This document shows positions 30,378-45,683 of a stretch of DNA of 64,000 nucleotides, piece after piece. The stretch spans positions 2,728,001-2,792,000 of the forward strand of contig OX337228.1 in assembly GCA_946965045.2 (NCBI GenBank), read 5' to 3'. A model generated the notes under the pieces. That model searched no databases and was not told the origin of the DNA. It saw nothing but the letters and a program-made list of their open reading frames with translations. Numbering within the stretch: position 1 is the first letter of the stretch; each line of letters begins with the position of its first letter. The DNA is from Epithemia pelagica (lineage: Eukaryota > Protista > Bacillariophyta). The position numbers and the translations under genes were made by a program.

Positions 30378-31406
30378 TTAGCAAACTTGTTTGCTTTGAG
30401 AAGAAGATATCTGTTGGATGTAATTCTGATGACCAACGCAGGTTTTTCCTCCATCGGACAAGGTGGCAATATTGGCAACTTTTTTGTTGGACGTACGGGA
30501 CTTTCGTTTCGGAGAGTTGTTCCCATTGCTTGTGGCGGTCGTCGAAGGGGAAGTTGGCGTGGAACTTGGCCGTGTCGAGGAGGCTCGCAAGGTTAGCTGA
30601 CTAAAGGCCACTGCTGCTACGGCAGCTTTTCTCGCAATCCTCATTTGTTTCCGACGTTTTACCTTGGCTTTGAGTCGTTTCCGCAACGAGGAATGGCATT
30701 CTTGTTCTTTTTCTTCTTCTGTTGACGTCTGGCAACTGTTATTCGAGTCACATGAGGAACACAGGTCTCGCAACTCACGGGAAGGAAGATCACACAAGGA
30801 CAGCACTCTTGGAATTTCCCTATCCTCGTCCGAACTAGCTTGGATTTTGTCTCCTTCCATGCTACACGACAAGGAAACCCGATGCTTGTAAATATCATGG
30901 GCAAATTCCTGGATGACCGATATACTCGATGGTAAGTAATTCTTTTCTTGAGAATTCTGTGAAACATTTCTGGTAGACTGTTCATTGTCGGGAGCCAGAG
31001 CTAATGGCCCGTCCATGGCATTTATTGGTGGCGCATCAATCAAAATTTGTCCCGGTAGAGTCAAGGAATGCTGACAGGATTCCTCCTGTTGATAGACGTC
31101 AATAATCGCAACGGGATTGTGAACATTATCATCATCATTTTTCGCACAAACTTGTGGAGGTTCTTGCACGGTGGGGGAACTTGCGGGAATCTCGGCAAAA
31201 AAATTCTCTCGTACCACTTGCAAAGGATTTGACATGGATGTGATGGTTTGATGATTGGAAGAAGACAGGGACAAGTCTTCACAGTAATCGTACGAATCGT
31301 TGTCTCCCAGATGGCCGTCGTCATCGTCAAAATCGGACAAATTGCCTACCAACACAAAATCCTCGTCCTGAGGAACCGAATCGAGGAGAGCGACACTTTT
31401 CATCAT
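30378..31406 (-). CDS. Hypothetical low-complexity protein
   Basis: Long open frame (track start is TTG at 31574; first ATG at 31406); acidic N-terminus and basic helical C-terminal stretch; no family recognised. Confidence 0.55.
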   Translation of the reverse strand: MMKSVALLDSVPQDEDFVLVGNLSDFDDDDGHLGDNDSYDYCEDLSLSSSNHQTITSMSNPLQVVRENFFAEIPASSPTVQEPPQVCAKNDDDNVHNPVAIIDVYQQEESCQHSLTLPGQILIDAPPINAMDGPLALAPDNEQSTRNVSQNSQEKNYLPSSISVIQEFAHDIYKHRVSLSCSMEGDKIQASSDEDREIPRVLSLCDLPSRELRDLCSSCDSNNSCQTSTEEEKEQECHSSLRKRLKAKVKRRKQMRIARKAAVAAVAFSQLTLRASSTRPSSTPTSPSTTATSNGNNSPKRKSRTSNKKVANIATLSDGGKTCVGHQNYIQQISSSQSKQVC

Positions 31407-32157
31407 CTTGTCAAAGAACAAATCGTCGTCGAACTCTTGAAATGAGAGGTTTGATGCAGCAATCGAATGAGGATGAGAGACGTCAGCCCGCCTTCTAATT
31501 TCTAATGTTCTAATGCAGAGCGTTGTTTGGTTTCTCTCTCTCAAGTTCTTTTCTGTTTTGCTTTCTCTTCCCAATTGCGTGTCAAGAAAAAAATAATAGA
31601 AGACGGAGTTGAAGGTGGGGCATGACTTGTCATCTGTAATGCGTCAAGACGACAGAATTTGAGGGCCGTGTTCCGAATCCGGCCCGCCCCGCGCGATTGA
31701 CAGTAGAAAGAAAAGTACGTCAGACCATGTTCTCGTTCGAACAGACTCACTCCGCGACCGCGAATCGTTCTTCGATCATTAAGGTCGCTCTTGTATCTCT
31801 TATTTGGGATTCCCGTTTCCCGTCGAGAGCGGTCGCTGGTACCCTGCTGTTGAAGTTGGGATAGTCTGTAGGGGAAAGATGGGGAATATAAGAATGACTT
31901 TTTTGAGTAGTTCACGTTTCCTGTATGAACCAAAAGTGCTCTTTCATTCTTGCCTCGGTCGGTTTCTGTCCTGCGACCAACAGTGGCAGCAACAGCAGTG
32001 ACAGTGACCACTTTGTCTCCAACAGAGTCCAAGCTGCTTGGACTCTGGAGTCTGGAGTTTGTTATTGTTGTTTGTTTATAAATTGCATATCTTCCATACG
32101 GTGAAGAGAAAAGGCATCACTTGGCTGCAGCTCTGCTTGCGTGAACGATCGACATAA

Positions 32158-34134
32158 ATGACAAATCCACCATCGAACGATGCTGTACCCATGCGAGGTA
32201 CAGTCCGGCGCAGCAAGAGTGAGGAGGACTTTGCTTTGGCCTTTGGTGATGTACAACTGGACTTGGAAGGACCCGATGATGCCACCCCTTTGGCAGGACA
32301 AGGTCCAGATTATGAAGAACTCGCTGATTTTTCCGAGTACTGGGCGAATCCGGGCCTGCCCCCGAAGGATCCCACCACGCAAGCGAAATGGAACAAACAA
32401 CAGTTAATGCAGCAGCAACAACAACAGCCACAGCATCATACTTCTTCACATTCTCATCCTTCTTCTACGCTTCGGTCCATGTTGAGTGGTGCCACTTCTC
32501 CCACAGAAGCTGGAACGGAGACAGGGACTCATGCAAGTGAGTCATGGACGGGTACAACTACGGCCGCCGATGACATTGTGTCCACCTTGAGCAACGACAC
32601 GGACGGTGACTGCGACACGGCAAGTCGCTCATCTGTCAAACGACGCCGAATGACGCAAACCTCCTCATCTACGTCTTTTGGGTTCCAACCATTGGCCCAG
32701 GTGAAAGAAACTACCGATACTTCCCACGGTGCAGGAGGTGGAGAAACCGAGCCGGATGTCCGGCCATGGAAGGTGGATATCCCTGATCACGATGTCGTAT
32801 TAGGTGATACCCATGAACCTACATGGGGCACCAAAATATATCGAGACGTTCGAAAGCCCTATGCCAAGAAGACGATTACAAATGAACAACTGAAACAAGT
32901 GAAACAGCAGTTCCAAGAACGCCTAGAAAAAGAGTTAGGAAAGAAGCTACCATGTGTGCCTAGATTCTGGTGCAACAAAGAAATGAAAGCCAAAACAAAG
33001 CAGATACCAGTCTCGGGTTTTCTCAAAAATCGGCCAGGAATAACCTACGCATACGCTAAAGACGAAGCCATAAAAGACGATATCAAAAATGCATCGGCAA
33101 GACCACGGACAAGGATGGTCAAGCTCTTCACGTTCAAGGGAACTCTTGACGAAGTGGTCGATAAGGCCATGGAAGCTTGCGATGCATGGGTGGGTGATGA
33201 TATTGACAAGGAATTGTACGCCAAAGGATTCAAGGAAGACATTGCGCGGATGGTTCCGTGGAGGTTGGAGTACGTGGAGAAAAAGGAGGAATGTGAACAA
33301 AAAGCCTCATGTGAGTCGGTTATGAGAAGAACGCATCTCCGCGAAGCAAGGATTCACGAAACGCATGCAAATCACCTCGAAATGGCAATGGTGGAAATGA
33401 TCAATCAATTGGGAAATTTAATGATTGAGTCTCATCGAGTGGATACAAAGAAGACGTCAAAACCCACGGATGCTATGGAAGATATTTCTGCGACGGGAGG
33501 AATTCGGGTGTCGAAAGTTCGCTCTTCAGTATCTTCGGAATCACGTCGGTCCAGTGCTACAGCGAGGGGAGGAAGAAAACCGGTCGTTCCCACGGAAAAG
33601 AGAAAGAAGAAGTCACCCCCAAATCAAAGTACCAAGCCATCGGCCGTATCGGCATCATCCGCTTTTCGGCCTCCATCCGACATTCAGGATATGGATCTTT
33701 CTCCCATTGACGTTCGCAAGACAGTATCATTGGACAGGGCCGAACAACCCTTGGACGGTAAAACGAAAGGTTCTCGGAAAGATTTGTCTTCCATGTTTTC
33801 TCAGACACTCCGTATGGGTTCTTTGGAAGATTTGGGAGGCAATGGAGGCATGGCCATGGGAGGTGGACCGACAGCAAATGTTGCCAATGTGGCTGTTGTG
33901 ATGCCGCCAGGTCTTCCACGTGAAGTGAGACCAGGCGGTCCTGCAGATGAATTATCGGTTCTTTCCGCTCCCGATGACCTGAGTCTCTTGTTCATGGAGG
34001 CACGGGAATCAGCGATTCGCAGAGGAATTGACCACCCTGGAGCCCTGCCACAACCGGGACAAGTTGCCGATCGAACCAAGGCATTGCTGCAGCAAATGAA
34101 GATCAAGAGTGATATAAAACCGAATCCCAAATAA
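32158..34134 (+). CDS. Hypothetical protein with polyQ tract and possibly divergent DUF6824-like domain
   Basis: 658-aa ATG-started ORF; QQQQQQQ tract; HDVVLG...GTKIYR...PRFW loosely follows the DUF6824 pattern. Confidence 0.6.
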   Translation: MTNPPSNDAVPMRGTVRRSKSEEDFALAFGDVQLDLEGPDDATPLAGQGPDYEELADFSEYWANPGLPPKDPTTQAKWNKQQLMQQQQQQPQHHTSSHSHPSSTLRSMLSGATSPTEAGTETGTHASESWTGTTTAADDIVSTLSNDTDGDCDTASRSSVKRRRMTQTSSSTSFGFQPLAQVKETTDTSHGAGGGETEPDVRPWKVDIPDHDVVLGDTHEPTWGTKIYRDVRKPYAKKTITNEQLKQVKQQFQERLEKELGKKLPCVPRFWCNKEMKAKTKQIPVSGFLKNRPGITYAYAKDEAIKDDIKNASARPRTRMVKLFTFKGTLDEVVDKAMEACDAWVGDDIDKELYAKGFKEDIARMVPWRLEYVEKKEECEQKASCESVMRRTHLREARIHETHANHLEMAMVEMINQLGNLMIESHRVDTKKTSKPTDAMEDISATGGIRVSKVRSSVSSESRRSSATARGGRKPVVPTEKRKKKSPPNQSTKPSAVSASSAFRPPSDIQDMDLSPIDVRKTVSLDRAEQPLDGKTKGSRKDLSSMFSQTLRMGSLEDLGGNGGMAMGGGPTANVANVAVVMPPGLPREVRPGGPADELSVLSAPDDLSLLFMEARESAIRRGIDHPGALPQPGQVADRTKALLQQMKIKSDIKPNPK

Positions 34135-34381
34135 AGTGGACCATGCCTGTTATAATAATTGGAGTTCTTGTTTTGGACCCATGTTTGTTAAACATGATGG
34201 ATTTTCCAGACAAAGAAGATATAGACCATCATGTCGTAATATTTTGTTTGAATAATATTGTTGCTAAAAGCTACAAAAGGCGAATCGAAACATCTACGTG
34301 CTCTAAATCGAGCTGTCTTGGCAGTTGATCTCACTGGAAATCGAGCTTCTACAGACACAATTTTACGACGTCATTGTTGAA

Positions 34382-36227
<1,846 letters not shown>

Positions 36228-36555
36228 GGTATTCAAAAAGTCACGCTTCCAAGATTGTTTGTCGTCGTCGTTTCGTCGATGAAATGAGAACGACGAGAGA
36301 GGAGAACGTCACACATGCAAGAGTTGCTGTCGCCGCGTGTCGCTCGACGATGCGAAAAAGATTCTCCACCTAAAGATACGCGCGCTGGCCGCGCTAACTT
36401 TCCAGCTAACAGTCTTTGCATACGTCATCTAACCATAGGGGTGCGACCTTTACGCGTCCACACTGGACGAACCGAATCGAAAGCGTCCGGTGGTGCCCGG
36501 TGGCATTGATCGCGGTCATTGTGATCTTGTTCAAAATTTTCTTGATACTTTCACC

Positions 36556-37360
36556 ATGGTGCGCGCTTTCCACCTATTCCTGGCATCTCTATTGCTGTCG
36601 TCGGCTGTCAATGCAACCGATGAGTTGAATCCTCAACGGTTTGAAGAACTGACAAAATCGGGACAGAATGGAATGATCAAGTTCTACCAACCAGTACGTA
36701 GAAGGTCGACGACACCGACCGATTTTGCTTTCATACAACACTGTATCATTTCTAACCCTTAATTCGTTTTGTTTCTTCTTACAGTGGTGCGGGCACTGTA
36801 CACGAATGAAGGTGAGAAACGTACATGATGCCAGAGCTGCTTCGTGAATCGTCCGATGAGAGAGACGACTTTTGGACGATTGTTTTTGTGTCTGACCCTC
36901 ATTTTTTCTGGCTTTTCTTCATCGTCCCGTGATCTTGTTTACTCCTTATGTTTGAAATCAGCCTGATTGGGACAAGCTTGCCGAGAATGCGGACTCCAGC
37001 GTCTTTATTGCCGATGTCAACTGCTCCGACGAGGATGAGTTGTGTAGTCAAAATGGTGTGGGAGGATACCCTACCATTAAGGTTTGGAAGGATGGCAAAG
37101 TGGAAGATTATAATGGATCACGAGACTTTGACGGTTTGATGGACTATGTCAATGAAAACTTGGCAACTTTGTGCGACGTGGAAAAGCCTGATACGTGTTC
37201 CGAGAAAGCCCAAAAGTACATCACCAAATGGAAGGCGAAGGAGGCCGCCGACGTGGAGAAGGAAGCGGCACGATTGGAAGGAATGATGGGAAGTTCCATG
37301 GCGCCTGATCTGAAAAAGTGGCTTCGAGAGCGCCGCCAAGTGCTGCGTCAACTCAAATAA
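36556..37360 (+). CDS. Secreted/ER single-domain thioredoxin/PDI-like protein; introns 36694-36784 and 36812-36961
   Basis: Signal peptide MVRAFHLFLASLLLSSAVNA; spliced FYQP|WCGHCTRMK|PDW; GYPTIK. Confidence 0.9.
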
Positions 37361-37428
37361 GGCGTATCAGAATGAATCTAAATTATGGTTATGAGTTTAC
37401 ACATCATATGAAATCTTCCGATAATACT

Positions 37429-40400
37429 TTACGTAAGCTCGAATCCAGCTCCAGACTCGATAGCGTAGATGAGACGCTCCCGCAAAACTTTCTCGCTGCT
37501 GTAGGTTGGAAGTTTCAATGTATTGAAACAAGTACTTGATGTCGGAAGTTTGTCACCATCCCTCATTATGCCAACTCGCTGGGAATAAACCATTCTGTGA
37601 GTGCGGTACGCCTCATAAATAGACACGGTATCATCTCTAGTAAACGTACCTGGATTGTGAAGGGTGGGTTCAAGGATGCAAAGCCGAGCGGAGGCGGACG
37701 TTCACAACTAGTCACAAATCGTAACAGTGCGCTTTGGTGATTGCCATCCAATGAGGCAAACACCTTCCAGAACCGTGCAACGCTCCTGTCAATGGATGTG
37801 TATCCTCCCATATATCGAGTATGTTTGCGTAAGTCCTCCACGTCAATCTTGCCATCCGAGGCACCACTGATCAAAACCTGGAGCTCCGGCTCGTTAAACA
37901 AACGGAGCCAACCGGGATCTACAACGTCCCAGAGCCCTCTTGTGAAAGCCTCCGACTGTTCTTTAATCTGATCCACCACGTAATATTTCGCCACAAGACC
38001 AATATATCGTTGTTTGTTGGCATTGGTCACCTCAATATTGTTCCCGTTCGGGATAAGCGGGATTTCGCGTGTCCCACCAAAATCGTCCTTTGTGATGGTG
38101 AAAGTGAGACACAAGTCCTCAGCATCACCATCGTAGGTTTTCAGGAACATGAGATTGTTATAGAGCTGGGGGTCAATAGTGCTCAGATCTGGAAGCTGTA
38201 GAAGCCAACGACTGAATAAGATTGTCAACCTTGCGATAGCCAGACAGGTAGAATTTATGCGAGACGTACCATGTGCAAGAAATTGTAATCTCCGCGAAGA
38301 AAGCTCAGGAAGAAGTGAGCAAACCTTGGCTGGATTGTAATGCCCTCATAAAGCGCTTTACCACTGTCAAATACAGCACATGAGACAACTCAATTGCTTG
38401 AAACAAAAGAAATAGATGAAATCAAACTACTTACAGAATTCTCCCCAGGAACTCAAAAAGAACAAGGTGGTCTTGGCCGTGTGCCGACTTCGACATTGGG
38501 CTTGGGTACATGTAGTTGCCAGCTCCTTCAGTTACTTGGAACAGAGCATAGTTCGGGTCGAAAGCAATACCACAGAGATCAGTCCAAAATTCTTTGAATA
38601 ACCCTCCGGCATCAATTCCTGTTTCTTTGGCCCCAGCTTCATTGACATAGTGTACGGCGATGCGTTCTCTCATTCGGGGTCCAAGATGGTTCATTGTTGC
38701 TAAACCGTCTTCTAGAATCCGACCTCTGGTGATCACAGCAACACGAGCGGGCTTCAGAGGATTTGAATGGAAAGGGTTGGAAGAGTTAACACCTTGCAGT
38801 TCCTCCCGATTGGAACGGATAATTTTGTCAAAAAGTGATAAACGTCGTTTGAACGACACTAACATGGGACAAATACGGAGAACTGGTTCCGCCTTCAGAA
38901 GAGAAACATAGTCAGCATGAGAACTGCACGCGGAAATCTCCTTGTCCAACAAGCCTGGTTCGAGCCATGCTTTGGGCAGGCAGAGTGGCCGACGGCTAGA
39001 CCGATCGTACAGATCTCGGAACGACCGACTGGACGACGAAACTAGTGCCAATCCAAAATAGGTGGGCAAAGTTCCTGATGACACTTTAAGGTCAACAGAG
39101 CAAGCTCTGTGAAGAAGCTTCTTCAGAATCTTGATAACTCGACGAAGCTGATGCAACGGAAGTGGTCGGTCAAAATCGTGAATTTCGACATCATCGGTCA
39201 CAATCAATGTATGGGCCAAGGCTGCCACAAATATGTACAGTACAGCGGCACCGCGATTTGTTCCCCAAGAGGAGCCAGTCGTCGCTGATGATCCAACAGG
39301 TTTCTTCGTTTGACCTTGTCGTGGAATGCAGGACACCTCACGTAGGGGGATCTGTCCTTCCAACACTTCTTGTACAGCTTTGACGGTGGATTGATGAGAC
39401 TGGATGAGGCACCATGTTGCCTTGACAAGCTGTGTTGAGAAGCACAGCGTATTGAGAAGCGCCAAAGTGAATGCTTCGGGGAAAGCCGTCGCAGTTTCCT
39501 TGTCCTTTCGTTTCTCTTTGCGTTGCTCCGAAGCCTCCTTGCCCGCAATCTCGTCACGTCCTCCCCCACCACCCCAACGAGCAATCACTACGGAAAACAT
39601 TGCACAGAGAGAAACCAAGAGTTCGGGTGTATAGTCTTCCCTGCTTCTGCTGCCACCTGTCAAAACTGAGTCTTTGTCCGCCTCATCGGAGCCACTTGCC
39701 AAAGAACGTGATTGCGAAGAGGTATTTCTCAACACACCAACATTGCCATCCTTTGGTTTGCCTTTTGGCTTGGCACTACCTGAAGAAGACGAGGATAACA
39801 ATCCAGCGACTCCTTTTGAGAGCTTGCGCGCCCATTTGCTTGAATTCCAAAAGTTTTTGTTGCGGTCCATACGGGATTCCTTGGCTGCGAGTGAAATTGC
39901 CGACAAACCTGCTTCGTTGGCAATATCTTTTTCCATTTCCTTGTCCTTTTCAGTTTTGGTTAGCAACTGCTTTTCCAAGTCAAGACTTTTCGCATCAATA
40001 GCACAACTGAAAAGATTTCGAACAAACGAGTCAACAAACAGGGCCCTGCATTGGTCCAACACAACGACTGAAAGCACAATGGGAGTCGAGTGGCCGTTTC
40101 CGTCCGAAATCCGTTCAACGGCAGATTCTCGAGTAGAAAAAGTTCGAACAGGGATGGCATCCAACAACATGGAAAGTAAATCCGCATAGCTCTGAGCCCA
40201 ACTAAAGTTAATGGTGTTCAACGAGCTTCCATTGACGTGGGCGCTTGACTTGCCCATCTGTACAAGGTTCGCTAACAAACATTGTGTATTGGTTGCTGGA
40301 CAACACGTGAGAGGAACGTCGTCTGAGGGGAGTAAGAGGTCCAGCGGACTACCTTGGGTAGAGAGGTAGCGATGGAACGCAAATATCATGGTAAGAAAAG

Positions 40401-41772
40401 GTGGAATGCCCGTTTTGGGAGACGAAGTCAAGAGAAAGGCCAGCGCATTCGGTGATATTTTCCACACAAACAAAGGAACGGTGAGCACATGTGTGAGAAA
40501 TCGTCTCGAGATATTTTCAGCTTGGAAGTCGTAATCTTGGCTTTCCCATACAAATTGGACCAGTGACCCGGCCCTCTCTCTGGTCTTTTCCGCGAAACAG
40601 CCCTGTCGAAGACCTTCCGCTTGTGGTGGAATCGGATTCGGCCCTCCGATTAAAAACAGCAGATAATAGCGAACTGTCGCAATCAAGTCAAAGGACGACA
40701 GAAAGGAGAAATCATGAATCGGAGTGAGCATTCTATCCACTCCGTTGTGATATTGCTCTTTGGGATTCTTGGATGCGCTTGGTTCCACTGGAACAATGAC
40801 ATCCGATTCACAGTTTGTTGGATTTAAAATGGATCGAACAAACTGGAGACGATCGTCATCTCCTACGTGGCGTAAAAGTTCACGCAGAAATTCAAGACAA
40901 GTCGAAAAGCGGTCGTCGGGTGACTTGGGGTCAAATAGATTGACCACACAAAGATGGAGTAGTGATTTGAACCGTAGTCTTCCTTCTTTTGACTGCATCC
41001 AAACAATAAAAGGATTCATATCATCACTTTTCTTGTTGGACTCGTGGCCTTCTCCGCTTTTGCTGGACAATCGCAAGCTGGGTAGAAAGGTTAATTGTAG
41101 CATTTGCTTCAAATAGTCATTTACTTTTCCATGCGTATGGAGTCGCAATGTTCTGTTGGCTTCAACTCCTGGACGGTAAGCGATCCACAACAAAATGCGA
41201 ACAAGGCTTGTGGTCGTTGCTGGTGGAGGAACATAGGCAATGCCTTTCTTCTGCTTCAACATATCGCCCAATGTCCGCAAGTCACGGAGTCGTTGACTGA
41301 GGAGGACATTGAATTGTTGAAGCGAGTTCTGGATGGACCGACTTTGACGGTACGCGGCCTGGATCTGTAGAGCAGCCTTTCGTTGTTGAGCTTCCAAGGC
41401 TCGTTGGAGACGTTGCTCTTCTGCGCGCTCCACAGCCGTCAGCTTCTTCGCTGGACTCGAAGAAGTGGGGCCTGTTGTAGTAGGCAACAAAGAAGACTGC
41501 TGCGAGAGGGCAGTCGAAGCAATTTGTGTCGGGTCTTGTTTCTCCACGCTATTTACCGCAGGAACAGACATGGAAGTATCTGGAGTAGCCTGTGACGTGA
41601 CGGGTGACTTCTCGGATGAGACGGAGGCGGATACTGCCGGGGAGCTGTGCGTAGCGAATGACGCTGGTTTCGGGTTGTTGCTCGTCTTTTTCTGAAGCAT
41701 CTGTCGGCGCTTTGCTCGATTCGCCTCGGCCCGTTTGCGACCGGCATTTTCTGACAACTCTTCAGCAAACAT
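37429..41772 (-). CDS. HECT E3 ubiquitin ligase, UBE3B/UBE3C-like with IQ motif; introns 38364-38434, 38196-38269, 37579-37649
   Basis: IQAAYR IQ motif; [34 protein letters not shown] (catalytic Cys), C-terminal AGFELT. Confidence 0.93.
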
Positions 41773-42148
41773 GCTCGGATGGTTGGACAATGGTCACTGT
41801 CGTTTCAATGGATCCATATATGGGAGGTTGGTCGGGGACGCTCTCATTCATTCTATTCCTTTTTGCCGAATCCCGCGGGGAACGCGGGGGGTCTGACTTC
41901 GGAGCGACCCATTAGCGACTATATTGAGTCTTGGATATTAGTGATTCAACCATCGTGGAATAAGGTAGACGTCAGTCTTCCGTCGGCCGAACGGACCACC
42001 CCAGACATGATCTCCACAACTTTTGTTGGATCATAACGTCTTGTGGCCTTCCTGTTGTCATCCAAGAACTCCGAGAAAGGTCACAATATCCTCTCATCCA
42101 CCAATCGATTGAACCGTGACCTCTAGGTTGGTTGAACAAGTTGGTGGA

Positions 42149-45100
42149 ATGGGATTGAAGCAGGCTTCTTGTGGGAGCGGCAGGAAATCTGCTTTCTCCA
42201 CGAAAATCGTTCCGTCGACAGTGATTGCCATCATGGTCATGGTATTGCGGACTGGTCCCGTTCGTGCCTTCACCACAAAGCCATCCTTCTACAATCATGT
42301 CTTTGGCACAAAAGCTAGATCGTTGGCTTTCTCGATTGTTGAGAAGCGAGCCTTCGTGACATCCACGTTGCCCGGAACAACTCCTCGAGGCTTCCAGCAA
42401 ACACCCCTTCGGGCTTCCCCTCTCGAGCTGCGCCGCAGTTCTCGTCTGGCAGCAACAACGGACACTGATACGGTGTCGTCAGCTACAGAAATTGATTGTG
42501 ATGGGGCACCGTATGACATTATCAACAAAATGAAGGGTTTGGGTTCCTTTGAACCGTCGGATTTTGAAAAGGATGTCTATCAATGGTGGGAGAAATCTGG
42601 TTGCTTCTTACCAGATGCAAAACAAAAACGCCAGGTGGGAGAAAAGCCATATGTGCTACCAATGCCTCCCCCGAATGTGACAGGTCGATTGCATATGGGA
42701 CATGCCATCTTTGTCGCCTTGCAAGATGTCTTGGCTCGATTCCATCGCATGCGAGGACGTCCCGTCTTGTGGCTACCAGGGACCGATCACGCCAGTATTG
42801 CCACGCAGCTTCAGGTCGAGAAACGGCTTCAAGCAGAAGGACTTACTCGTGAAGAATTAGGAAGAGAGGAATTTCTCGTTCGTGCGTGGGAATATAAGGA
42901 GGAACAAAGTGGACACATTACTCGACAACTAAGGTCCTTGGGTGCCTCTGCGGACTGGAGTCGGGAACGATTCACATTAGATAAGGATTTGAGTGAAGCT
43001 GTGGCGGAAGCCTTTGTCAGGTTGTATGACAAAGGTCTTGTATACCGTGGAGAATACATGGTGAATTGGGCCCCCATGCTCAAGACGGCTGTGAGTGATT
43101 TGGAGGTGGAGTATTCCGAGGAGGAAGGAAAACTATACTTCTTCAAGTATACGGTGGAAGATAGTGATGGTGAGTTTCATCTTGAAAACCTGACTGGTCC
43201 ATGCGTCATGAGTTGTTAAACCCTGTTTATGTCTGCTCTCACTGTGGTTGCAGAGTTTCTCCCCGTGGCAACGACAAGGCCTGAGACAATATGTGGTGAC
43301 ACTGCTGTTTGTGTACACCCTGACGACGAACGGTACAAACACTTAGTTGGTAAGAATGTTGTCGTGCCCATGGGTGGAGGTCGTACCGTCCCTGTCATTG
43401 CCGACGAATACGTGGACATGGAATTCGGAACTGGAGCTTTGAAAATTACTCCCGGTCATGACCCGAATGACTATGCACTGGGGACGAAATACGATCTACC
43501 AATCATCAATATCATGAACAAAGATGGTTCCATGAACGCAAATGCCGGTGCTTACAATGGTCTTGATCGCTTCGAATGTCGAGAAAAGTTGTGGGCGGAT
43601 ATGGAGAATGAAGAACTCACCATTAAGGTTCAACCGCACACTCAACGTGTACCACGGTCCCAGCGGGGAGGGGAAGTCATTGAGCCCCTTGTAAGTCGTC
43701 AGTGGTTTGTGAAAACTGAAGGAATGGGCGCTAAAGCCCTAGAAGCCGTGCGAGGGGGCGACATCCAAGTAGTACCTCAACGGTTTGACAAACTTTGGTT
43801 CAACTGGTTGGAAGATATTCGTGATTGGTGTGTTTCGAGACAGCTTTGGTGGGGCCACCGTATTCCCGTCTGGTATGTTGGAGAAACGGGAGAAAGCGAA
43901 TTCATTGTAGCTCGCAACGAAGAAGAAGCACGTGCAAAAGCGGTTGAACGAGGATTCGCACAGGATGTTGTTTTGCGTCAAGACGAGGATGTACTGGACA
44001 CTTGGTTCAGCTCTGGTTTGTGGCCCTTTGCAACCGTTGGTTGGCCACAGGCACGCGAGGATGACGAAGATTCCGATCTGGCACGTTTCTTCCCAGCGAC
44101 CTGTCTTGAGACGGGACATGATATCTTGTTCTTCTGGGTGGCTCGAATGGTGATGATGTCCTTGGAGTTGACGGGGAAAAGCCCTTTCGATGTGATTTAT
44201 CTACATGGACTGGTACTTGCGGAAAACGGGGAAAAGATGTCCAAAACGAAAGGAAACGTGATTGACCCAATGGACACTGTGGACAAATTTGGTGCTGATA
44301 GTTTGCGATATTCACTTGTGACGGGAGTGACACCGGGTCTAGATGTTCCTCTCAACATGGACAAGATCCAAGCCAACAGAAATTTTGCCAACAAACTGTG
44401 GAATTGCTGCAAATTTGTCACTGGAAATGCCCTCAAAGATATCAGTGAACAAGACGAAGCTGATTTGGGCGTAACGGGACCACTTTCACAGGAAGAGTTT
44501 GACACACTGTCACTACCAGAACGTTTCATTGTTTCCAAGTGCCATGCACTCGTTTCAAGTGTTACCCAAGATATCGAGAGCTACCAGCTTGGGGCAGCAG
44601 GTAGCAAGGTCTACGAGTTCCTCTGGGATCAGTATGCCGATTGGTACGTTGAGATTTCTAAAACTCGTCTTTATGAAAGCCTCGGGGGAGATGATCCCGC
44701 CGCAGCAAAGGCTTCTCGACGAGTGCTAGTTTACGTGCTAGATACTTGTTTGCGGCTTCTTCATCCCTACATGCCATACGTCACCGAGCAGCTCTGGCAT
44801 CATCTCCCTCGTGCTCCAAAAGACGACTACCAATCAGCCTTTTCATTGATGCTTGCCGACTGGCCTCAGATGGATGATGAAACTCCGTTGGTGACAAGTG
44901 ACGAAGCGGTAGATCAATTTGAATGCTTCCAGGCACTTACTCGAAGTATCCGTAACGCCCGTGCAGAATACAATGTCGAGCCAGGAAAACGAATCAGTGC
45001 TGTTGTTGTGGCTCAAGGGGATATCCTGGACGCACTAAAGACGGAAATCAAGTCGCTAGCTTCGCTCGCGAAACTTGACATGGAGCAGCTTTCCGTACTG

Positions 45101-45406
45101 GACGCGGGATCAGAGGAAGCCCAGGCTGCTATTTCTGCAGACTCGGTAAAGCTGGTGATTCGTGATGGCGTGGAAGCATACCTACCCTTATCAGGATTAA
45201 TTGATCCTGAGAAAGAGCGACAGCGACTTACCAAACAGAGCGAGAAGCTTGAGAAAATGATAGGGAAATTGGCGGGACGTCTTCAATCAAAAGGGTTCAT
45301 AGACAAGGCTCCACAAAGCATTGTAGATGAGGCCAAGTCGGAACTTGCTGAACTCGAAGATCAAATGAAAAAGGTTAAGGAAAGTTTGGAAGGACTTCTA
45401 AAGTAG
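42149..45406 (+). CDS. VARS: Valyl-tRNA synthetase with organellar presequence; intron 43170-43253
   Basis: [13 protein letters not shown] (HIGH), [29 protein letters not shown]-terminal coiled coil; presequence with VRA-F. Confidence 0.96.
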
Positions 45407-45683
45407 AAAGCGATTGTTAAATCTAACTTCTCGTTACCCCCTCTCGGCTAGGCCCTTAGTCTACCTCAGGCTCCTTGAAATAGTATTTTCCAGCGTTCTG
45501 GAAAGGAACGAAAGGAAACTGGCATACTTTGAATCAAAATACTGTTTCATTCACAAATCATTGACTCCGCTAAGGAAGTAGCGACAAGTTCCGCGTGGCG
45601 ATTTATTCGGAGAAGATCCACCGCCGCCACTTATTGTGGGCAATCACATTTTGCTTTTTACGACATTGAGAATACACACCACC

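Noticed and set aside
31662-31690. GGGCCG-TGTTCCGAATC-CGGCCC resembling a tRNA T-arm
   Set aside because: Loop too long and no D-arm, anticodon arm or acceptor stem.
36785-36800. Possible selenocysteine in the thioredoxin active site
   Set aside because: Codons are TGC and TGT; no in-frame TGA.
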